Position numbers and translations under genes: made by a program
Part shown: piece by piece, positions 57,076 to 64,000 of the stretch
Layout: every line of letters begins with the position of its first letter
How positions within the stretch are numbered: the first letter of the stretch is position 1
The notes under the pieces: generated by a model
Told to the model about the DNA's origin: nothing
The model's input: only the letters and a program-made list of their open reading frames with translations
The model's database searches: none
Virus record (IMG/VR): IMGVR_UViG_3300024308_000304
Reading direction: 5' to 3' (one strand)
DNA: 64,000 nt
Source: an uncultured virus (IMG/VR IMGVR_UViG_3300024308_000304)
Taxonomy: Duplodnaviria > Heunggongvirae > Uroviricota > Caudoviricetes

Positions 57076-57666
57076 ATGATGTAGATTGATAAAGAAAAAA
57101 TGACCTTTAAAGAACTTGTTAAAGCAATGAAATCCTGTGAACAGACTCAAGGATTGAATGTACTTCAACATGGTCTATCTGTTAATCAATACTTTCAAGA
57201 TTTGAAAGCTCATATTATTGATGGTACTCCATTAAAATTTGAATGGAAATTGCCTGGCTGGATTTATAACAAAGACATTTGGAATAATTTAGCAAGCGAT
57301 AAAGACATCAATACCTACCAAATCTATCATGACTGTGGTAAACCATTCTGTTTAACTATAGATGAAGAAGGAAAACGACATTTTCCAGATCATGCAAAAG
57401 TATCAGGACAAATTTGGAGACAAATTGGTGGTTCTGAAATTCAAGCAAGTCTTATGGAACATGACATGGATATCCATCTATTAAAAATGGAAGATTTTGA
57501 AGAATTTAGAAAATTACCATTTGCTGAAACATTGTTAATTACTGGGCTTTGTGAGATTCACAGTAACGCGGCTATGTTTGGTGGTATTGACTCTACAAGC
57601 TTTAAAATCAAATGGAAAAAAATTAATAAAATTGGAAAGCGTTTTGAAACACAAGAAGCCTCTTAA
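57076..57666 (+). CDS. HD-domain phosphohydrolase-like protein; SD-led start upstream of an in-frame TAG at codon 3 (57082-57084)
   Basis: AGGAG SD, then ATG ATG TAG ATT GAT AAA GAA AAA ATG; motifs HG, YHDCGKP, HFPDHA, HDMD. Confidence 0.8.
57080..57098 (+). repeat. 19-nt direct repeat TGTAGATTGATAAAGAAAA, copy 2
   Basis: Identical to 55463-55481. Confidence 0.9.
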
Positions 57667-57675
57667 TGAGGCTTC
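57655..57675. terminator. Hairpin spanning two convergent stop codons
   Basis: GAAGCCTC-ttaat-GAGGCTTC. Confidence 0.6.
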
Positions 57676-58445
57676 ATTTTTTCAATAGCATCAATCAATT
57701 TATTAACATTTGACTTATATAATCCGGCTGAAGAGAAATTATTGACCTCAATAATTTTACATCCATCATCTGTAATAGCAATGTCTAACGTAAATGCTTT
57801 ACTTGGTTGCCAATCTTTCAAACATTCCTTTGCAAATGACAAGACCTTTTCATCAATAAATTCAGCGATAATAACTTGATTTCTCATTTTATACAAACTA
57901 CCAGTCACAACCATGCCATCAACAACAAATAATCTATATTCAGAGTCAATATTCTTCTTTTTTGATATAATGATTTCTTCATTTTTAGTGTTTTCATTTA
58001 AAATTTTAGCTTCAATAGACATAATCAAATCATCTTTTCTAAATAAACCACCTGTAAATAATTTGTTATCTTTTAGAGGGCGAGCAAAAACAACATCCCA
58101 ATCAGATGGAATATCAATATTATTCAATTTATTGATGATAGAATCATTATTAAGCATTTTATCACCCCAACCGTCAATCCATTTAGAATATGTGAAGTTC
58201 TCGTTACTAAAAGAACCCGGAGTAATATTTTTATGTGACATCATTCTGACAAATCGATAAGAACCAACACCAATAATATCATTACGATTCGCTAAATCAA
58301 TAATTTTATCTGTACCTGTTAAATAGAACTCATCTTTTCCTTTATGTATGTCCAAGAGTTTATGCTCAATTCTTTTTTCAAGCAATAAATCCTTCAAGGT
58401 TTCAATACCAATCTCATAATTCATATTATTTTGTATAATCCACAT
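57663..58445 (-). CDS. ATP-grasp domain protein (R2K/DUF4343-like)
   Basis: FARPLKDNKLFTG, EYRLFVVDG, FTLDIA, IIEVNNFSSAGLY. Confidence 0.8.
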   Translation of the reverse strand: MWIIQNNMNYEIGIETLKDLLLEKRIEHKLLDIHKGKDEFYLTGTDKIIDLANRNDIIGVGSYRFVRMMSHKNITPGSFSNENFTYSKWIDGWGDKMLNNDSIINKLNNIDIPSDWDVVFARPLKDNKLFTGGLFRKDDLIMSIEAKILNENTKNEEIIISKKKNIDSEYRLFVVDGMVVTGSLYKMRNQVIIAEFIDEKVLSFAKECLKDWQPSKAFTLDIAITDDGCKIIEVNNFSSAGLYKSNVNKLIDAIEKMKPH

Positions 58446-58518
58446 AAACGACTTCCTTAATTATAGATACTAAAAAAGACTATATAATAGTCTCTTTTTT
58501 CTTAATTAACAAGTTAAT

Positions 58519-59349
58519 TTACATTTTTTTAACTTCTTTATAATTGGAATCATCTTTTCTCTTTAAGTAATAAGGTAAATCAACAATACTCACAGATGAA
58601 ATAGGGATAGGAATTAAGTCAAAATAATCTCCTTCAAATGAATATTGAAAATCAGCATATTTAGTTTGCAGGTACTCTTGAAGTGATTCTTTTGTTGTAA
58701 ATATTTGACCGTTTAATGGTACTTTATTATTAACAATATTTTCGATGACTTTATCATAGTCATATTTATAAGAACCACTTGGTTTATCTATTTTAACAGA
58801 TTCTCCTATTTTGAAACTGGTATAGTTGGGATAACCATATTCAAAAGGGATGCCATTAGGAGCTATTTCAGCGACTTCATCACGAGTAGATGTCTTAGTA
58901 TGACCATCAAGAAAGAATATTGAATTACCAGCTTGACCAGACCAAACACCATTTTTAGGTATTTTATCATTTAATAATTTTACACTGTGGTTAGAAATAT
59001 AATCAACTATAAATTTAATATTACTTGTTTTAACAGGATCTTTATAATTACCCATACTTAAGTTATTTAAAATATACCCACGATCCTCTGGATATTTATA
59101 AACATAGTCCATAATTCTAATTAATGTATCTGGATATTCTTGTTTAAAGTAATCTTTCAAATAATGAAGTTCTCTATCTAATTCAGCCCTGTCAGTAATA
59201 TTGTGATGGCGATATTTAGGATAATCATTTTTAGATTGTCCAATAGGTAACTCAATGATGAAAGGTGATTGATATTTAGGGCCAGTGTAATCAGCAGCAT
59301 AAACGAATGAAACAAAACAAACTGGTATTAAGAATATCTTTTTTAACAT
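58519..59349 (-). CDS. Exported hypothetical protein
   Basis: Signal peptide ...SFVYA|A; 276 aa. Confidence 0.7.
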   Translation of the reverse strand: MLKKIFLIPVCFVSFVYAADYTGPKYQSPFIIELPIGQSKNDYPKYRHHNITDRAELDRELHYLKDYFKQEYPDTLIRIMDYVYKYPEDRGYILNNLSMGNYKDPVKTSNIKFIVDYISNHSVKLLNDKIPKNGVWSGQAGNSIFFLDGHTKTSTRDEVAEIAPNGIPFEYGYPNYTSFKIGESVKIDKPSGSYKYDYDKVIENIVNNKVPLNGQIFTTKESLQEYLQTKYADFQYSFEGDYFDLIPIPISSVSIVDLPYYLKRKDDSNYKEVKKM

Positions 59350-59462
59350 AATTTTATATATTGTTTATTATTTTTTACCTTTTTTTTTGAATATTGTCAA
59401 AGAAAAGAATTGATAAATACATTGTAAAATGATAAAATCGGTAAAATTTTAGAGGACATATC

Positions 59463-60335
59463 ATGACGGTTGATTATATTGAAGAAATGAATAACGTTTT
59501 GAAGACAAAACAAGCAGAAACACATGATTTAAAATGTGAACTGTTTGGATTTGAATCAAAACTTTTAAAATTCGATCAAGAATTAAAAAATCAGTCATTA
59601 ATGAAAAAAATGTTCTCTGGTAAAAAAACAGAAGAACGCAATCAAATAATTGAAATCATTCAAGCCTTGACTGCTCGACTAAATGATTCAAAAGTTAAAG
59701 AAGACGATGTAAAAAAAGAAATCATAGATTATGTAAGAAAGCATGTAAGAGAAAGTAAACCTAAATATGATATTAAATTAGATGATCTTGAAACAGAACG
59801 TAATGAAGTAAAAGAAATTTTTACACAAGTGAATACGATGAATTCAACTGTTGTAGAAATCTTTGATACATTAAACAACCTTACACAATCATTTAACAGC
59901 TATACAGAATTAGCAAATAGAAGAGGCGTTACTTCGTCTGGACAAGCCGCTGTATTTGCTGAATTAATTGTTAAATATGATAAAACATATAGGAATCTTG
60001 TTCATTTAAAACATATCATGCCAATTACCAAGACTTTGATAGAAAGTAAAAATGTTGATATTGATTTGACTTATTTAGATTTGTCAATAAAAGCAATGAA
60101 TGATAGTGAACATGAAAATATAAAAAGACCTAATTCTATGAATGATTTCAATAATGCAACCAAAAAAATCAATTCTATTGTTGGAGTTACAAACACAATC
60201 TATATGTTAATTAATAAAGAAGCTAAAAGATTACATGCAATTATAAATGATATTGATAAAAACATTAAAGCTCTTAATGATGAATTAGATGTCGAAGTAA
60301 AAGTAATACTAAGAACAAAACAAATAGAAATTTAA
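59463..60335 (+). CDS. Coiled-coil hypothetical protein
   Basis: 290 aa, heptad-rich; GAGG SD. Confidence 0.75.
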   Translation: MTVDYIEEMNNVLKTKQAETHDLKCELFGFESKLLKFDQELKNQSLMKKMFSGKKTEERNQIIEIIQALTARLNDSKVKEDDVKKEIIDYVRKHVRESKPKYDIKLDDLETERNEVKEIFTQVNTMNSTVVEIFDTLNNLTQSFNSYTELANRRGVTSSGQAAVFAELIVKYDKTYRNLVHLKHIMPITKTLIESKNVDIDLTYLDLSIKAMNDSEHENIKRPNSMNDFNNATKKINSIVGVTNTIYMLINKEAKRLHAIINDIDKNIKALNDELDVEVKVILRTKQIEI

Positions 60336-60342
60336 AGAGAGC

Positions 60343-61140
60343 TTAGTGCTCTCTTTTTTGTTTTTGCTCTTTTATAAGATTCGATTGTTCAATGAGCGAT
60401 GGTAGTAATTCACGTAATCCTTCAGATGAAGTTTTTGTGATTTGCTCATAATTGATTCTATATTTTGGCTCAACAGGTTTAGGATCAATGATAAACATTT
60501 TACGTGTACCAAAACCTTCTGCTATAAGTGATGCAGCAGGTTCAACTTCCAAACTTGTGCCAGTAACAATAAAAATATCAGATTCTCGTATATGTCTTCT
60601 TGAATCATAATAAGTTTCAGAATTAAGAGTTTCACCAAATAAAACAATATCAGGTCTTAATTGTGAATTCGTTACACTACATCTATCGCCAACATTAATA
60701 TCAGTTAATTGATCATACAGTATACGATTAGTTGCTATTGGGCGTGAGCGAAGTATTTCTCCATGAAGATGATAAACATTACCCGAACCGGCTCTTTCAT
60801 GAAGATTGTCTACGTTTTGTGTCACAACAACTACATTAAAATACTTTTCTAATTCTTTTATAATATGATGAGCTTCATTTGGGTTTGCATTTAAAACTTC
60901 TTTTCGTCTATCATTATAAAAATTGAGCACTGTTTCTAAATTGTGTTTGATAGCATAAGCAGTTGCAACTTCACTAATACTGAAATTATTCCACAAACCA
61001 CCATCTCTAAAAGTCTGCAATCCACTTTCAACAGATATACCAGCCCCTGTAAAAATAGTTATCTTTGGAATGTATTCAGAATCTTTAAAAGTATCAGCAT
61101 ATTTTTTCTGTGCTTTGAATATTTTCGTTATATTTACCAT
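60343..61140 (-). CDS. cobB: Sir2/CobB-family NAD-dependent deacylase
   Basis: TGAGISVESG..TFR, TQNVDNLHERAG, HLHGE, RPDIVLFGE, GTSLEVEPAA; start at ATG 61140 (AGGAG SD). Confidence 0.9.
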   Translation of the reverse strand: MVNITKIFKAQKKYADTFKDSEYIPKITIFTGAGISVESGLQTFRDGGLWNNFSISEVATAYAIKHNLETVLNFYNDRRKEVLNANPNEAHHIIKELEKYFNVVVVTQNVDNLHERAGSGNVYHLHGEILRSRPIATNRILYDQLTDINVGDRCSVTNSQLRPDIVLFGETLNSETYYDSRRHIRESDIFIVTGTSLEVEPAASLIAEGFGTRKMFIIDPKPVEPKYRINYEQITKTSSEGLRELLPSLIEQSNLIKEQKQKREH

Positions 61141-61262
61141 ATATATTTCTCCTATGCGGATGATAACAAATCTGAATAACCAAGTCAAATAAGAATATTT
61201 TGTTACACTCTATTATTTTTAAAGCCTTCTGGTATAATAGTTGTGTATATTGGAGCATTATA

Positions 61263-61838
61263 ATGAATATTAGAACAACTATAATAAGTATTCTACTTTT
61301 TACACTTACGGGGTGTTCTAGTTACATGACAAGAGATAATGGTATTACTACGCTCAGTTGTAATACTGGATATGTTAAACATTTGAAATATGATGAAAAT
61401 GAAGTCAGCAAATTTAAGAAGAAAAGACATAAAACAGCTTTTTTAACTGGTGATATTGAAGATATTGGCAAATGTGACACTTATCCTTGTGTGACATGTA
61501 AACTGTTTATGTGTAAAAAGACTGAATATAAATCTGTTAAATACTACGACAAGAAAGACGGTGTAATTTTTGAAGCAAAAAGTAGTCAAGTAAGTAAAGA
61601 TAATTTGAATTATGTAAAACATTTTTCAAAAACAAAAATAACAGGAAAGATCAAAGCTGATTACATCTGGAACGTATACTCTAAAGATGGCTTAGAATAT
61701 GAACAAGTTTACAATAAAAAAAACGGATATTTGGTTTATGAAATGATTACTCCAGAAAAGTTAGAAACAGAAACATATGTTAATGAATGTGATGTCAATG
61801 CGTACAGTATTTTTAACGAATTTTATATGCAATGGTGA
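61263..61838 (+). CDS. Cys-rich lipoprotein
   Basis: GGAG SD; lipobox LTG|C. Confidence 0.7.
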   Translation: MNIRTTIISILLFTLTGCSSYMTRDNGITTLSCNTGYVKHLKYDENEVSKFKKKRHKTAFLTGDIEDIGKCDTYPCVTCKLFMCKKTEYKSVKYYDKKDGVIFEAKSSQVSKDNLNYVKHFSKTKITGKIKADYIWNVYSKDGLEYEQVYNKKNGYLVYEMITPEKLETETYVNECDVNAYSIFNEFYMQW

Positions 61839-61938
61839 TTTTAAAGCATAAACTGAAATATATTTGTTTAATATACTTGACATAATTTTGCTCCAGAATT
61901 ATAATAGAGTTAAATTTAGAAACTTTAAGGAGTTAAAA

Positions 61939-62061
61939 ATGAAAACCGAAGCCAAAGAAAGAAGCATTGTTTCTGACTTTATTATTCGTGTTATTGAGGC
62001 ATTCTTCCCATCAGCATACAATGGGTATAATGGAACCGAAAACAAAAAAATAAATCAATAA
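61939..62061 (+). CDS. Small hypothetical protein (40 aa)
   Basis: AAGGAG SD; TTGACA/TATAAT promoter upstream and terminator at 62081-62101. Confidence 0.55.
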   Translation: MKTEAKERSIVSDFIIRVIEAFFPSAYNGYNGTENKKINQ

Positions 62062-62164
62062 TATGCTCAAATGCATAAATAAAGACACTTCGAGTGTCTT
62101 TATTTTTTTGATAAAACTTTTTTTTATGGTACTATAGTAATAGACACACATAAAATCAAATTGT

Positions 62165-63319
62165 ATGAATTTTGGAAAGTTTGAGAAGGACATCAAAGAT
62201 ATATTTGAAGTGAAAGTTGGCCCGTTAGAAGATTTAAGTTATGATGATAAAATAAAATATAGCTTTGAACTAAACTATGCCCTTAAAAAAATAGTAAATT
62301 CTTATTATTTTGAAAAAACATTCGATGTAAATTTCATAAAAACCAGAATAGATGGTGCAGCAGCATACTCAATAAAAGCCCCTGATAGAAAATCTCGAAC
62401 TTATGAGATTACAGGATTCTTTTCAGATGAATTGCAAAATAATTTTGCAAAAAACAATATCAATGCTGATGCTGAAAAATTAACAGAATTGTCAGTTGAT
62501 ATACTGGATGAATTAAGACTAAAAGACGACTTTTATAATGTATTATTTGAGACTAATACAATTAAACAATCCTTATATCTTAAAGTAAAGCATTCAGTAG
62601 ATTTTGAGATTTTGCAAATTGATGAGAATACCAACATTCTTAAAGAGCTTGCAAGATTGAATAAAATGAACAATGGAGAAAACTTTGATGATTTCAATGA
62701 AAAAGATTTTACAGAAATCATGAAGCAAAATGGGTTTAAACATTTTAATTTAAGTAATATAGAAAATCAAAAATTTTTAGTAGTTGCCAAAAATCAAAAT
62801 GAAATTTGTGGAATTGCAGCAATAAGTGAATCTCCAATTTCTGGACTAAATCATTTATCTTATATTGAAGTTGCGAATGCATTTAATGGGCAAGAACTTG
62901 GGAAAAGATTATTTACTGAAGTAGAAAGAACACTCAACGTAAATAATAAGATATTGGAAATGAGTCCATATGCAGAAATTGGACTAAAACACATTGCTCC
63001 ATTAATAGCCCCAGTAATTGAACTATCTGATACAATAATTGATTCAAAGTCTGCTCAATTAATGCAACCTTTATTTAAATCTCTAAATAAACATGACTTA
63101 ACTGACACTGAAAGACAAGAAATTATTGTAGAAATGTATCAGCAAGTTAAAAACAAAGACTTGATTGTTGAAAATCTTAATTATACTAATATCAATGATT
63201 ATGTTGCAATCAGTGTTAACAGAGTGCAAAATAATTTTGACAATATAGGCATTGAAGTTATGCCAGAAATAAAACAAGAAAGTAAAATTAAAAAAATGTT
63301 CAACAATTTGTTCCGTTGA
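62165..63319 (+). CDS. GNAT acetyltransferase domain protein (paralog of 22237-23487)
   Basis: VVAKNQNEICGIA..SYIEVANAFNGQELGKRLF; N-terminus aligns with the paralog (I..SYYF; F.xNxIKQ). Confidence 0.75.
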   Translation: MNFGKFEKDIKDIFEVKVGPLEDLSYDDKIKYSFELNYALKKIVNSYYFEKTFDVNFIKTRIDGAAAYSIKAPDRKSRTYEITGFFSDELQNNFAKNNINADAEKLTELSVDILDELRLKDDFYNVLFETNTIKQSLYLKVKHSVDFEILQIDENTNILKELARLNKMNNGENFDDFNEKDFTEIMKQNGFKHFNLSNIENQKFLVVAKNQNEICGIAAISESPISGLNHLSYIEVANAFNGQELGKRLFTEVERTLNVNNKILEMSPYAEIGLKHIAPLIAPVIELSDTIIDSKSAQLMQPLFKSLNKHDLTDTERQEIIVEMYQQVKNKDLIVENLNYTNINDYVAISVNRVQNNFDNIGIEVMPEIKQESKIKKMFNNLFR

Positions 63320-63364
63320 CTAAATGATAAAAAGTTATATAATCTAACACAAAAAGGTGATTAT

Positions 63365-63748
63365 ATGAGTAATAAACTTATTATTGAAGAAGAAATAAAA
63401 GAATTCTCATCTGATGATGAGATTTTTTACGATTATATGTTAACAAGAAAGAAAGATCTGATTGAATTAGATGAATCAGAAAGAACTTCAATGAATAAAA
63501 TACAAGGGTGCATGAGTATTGTACATATTGAAATGGAATCAACATCAGAAGGAAGAAAATTGAAAGCTTATTCTGATTCAAGTATAATAAGTGGTATTCT
63601 TGGTATTATAGGATTAGCTATAAAAGATGATAAAAACCCAATAATTGAAAATTATAGACTAATTCTTGAACCATTAAAAAAAGCATTAAGCCAAAATAGA
63701 AGATTAGGCTTCGAAAATATGTTGTTAGTTATATTTAAAAACAAATAA
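63365..63748 (+). CDS. SufE-family sulfur-acceptor protein
   Basis: KIQGCMSIVHI, DSSIISG, LSQNRRLGF. Confidence 0.75.
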   Translation: MSNKLIIEEEIKEFSSDDEIFYDYMLTRKKDLIELDESERTSMNKIQGCMSIVHIEMESTSEGRKLKAYSDSSIISGILGIIGLAIKDDKNPIIENYRLILEPLKKALSQNRRLGFENMLLVIFKNK

Positions 63749-63841
63749 AAAAGTGTTGAATTTCATTTTTAGATAGTGTAATATAGTCAATAGATAGAGG
63801 GTATTTCCATATATCTACTAAGAGTTTTTAACGAGGATTTT

Positions 63842-64000
63842 ATGAAAAGAGTTGATGTACGTGATATTGATCTTGAACATCTTGATGAAGTAGCTGATGA
63901 TGAGTTTTTTACGAAAAAAGAACGAGTCGTTAAGCAAGACAGATTTGAAGAAGAATTAAGAAAAGATAGCCACAAAAAAAAGTCAAGCCTTAGAAAAAAT
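63842..64000 (+). CDS. Hypothetical protein, truncated by the window end
   Basis: GAGG SD; MKRVDVRDIDLEHLDEVADDEFF... open to the end of the window. Confidence 0.55.
   Translation, partial: MKRVDVRDIDLEHLDEVADDEFFTKKERVVKQDRFEEELRKDSHKKKSSLRKN

Noticed and set aside
208..63975. Numerous 60-115-aa ORFs antisense to or overlapping long genes (e.g. 208-423, 1367-1618, 15687-16004, 57913-58260)
   Set aside because: Shadow ORFs: no SD, Ser/Phe/Ile-rich antisense composition, fully nested in better-supported CDSs.
1..64000. Genome-wide reassignment of TAG (alternative genetic code) as the explanation for the in-frame ambers
   Set aside because: Long genes are intact under code 11. TAG terminates ordinary genes (e.g. 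10143, 21552, 25083, 39690, 46116), several directly before terminator hairpins. Only the two codon-3 cassettes are interrupted.
1..64000. CRISPR array, transposase/integrase, rRNA, or phage structural genes
   Set aside because: No regularly spaced repeats or recognisable motifs were found. The repeated TGGTGG strings at 42.6-44.8 kb are tRNA CCA ends.

Overview
Very AT-rich, gene-dense accessory region of a large mobile genome, most likely a jumbo phage, although a giant plasmid-like element cannot be excluded because no virion, replication or conjugation core genes lie in the window. The host is probably a Gram-negative (gamma)proteobacterium, judging from the YiaD-like OmpA lipoprotein, the LplT-PlsC fusion and sigma70-type promoters. 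The window holds about 70 CDSs. Recognisable products include phosphatases, an RNA ligase, RNase H, NUDIX, DEDDh exonucleases, GNATs, MazG-like, Pth2, HD, ATP-grasp, Sir2/CobB, SufE, a RING/TROVE-like/TerD protein and a polyvalent ART+zincin protein. Two large sets of dissimilar proteins share only a C-terminal tag: about 19 end in M-x-x-(I/Y/F/V) and about 10 end in a Lys-rich tail. A minus-strand tRNA array (42609-44843) contains only Ala, Arg and CAU-anticodon tRNAs plus several tRNA-like RNAs. The most striking signal is an apparent translation-stress-sensing layer with three parts. (1) A six-segment ribosome-dependent attenuator lies upstream of the array, and its leader control codons (ATA AGA GCC AGA GCG ATA) are exactly those read by the array's tRNAs. 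(2) The Pth2 and HD-domain genes both carry an in-frame TAG at codon 3 inside an identical 19-nt sequence, behind strong Shine-Dalgarno sites. (3) A circularly permuted, YrlA-like tRNA mimic sits inside the array. All calls come from reading the sequence by eye; no searches or folding programs were run.
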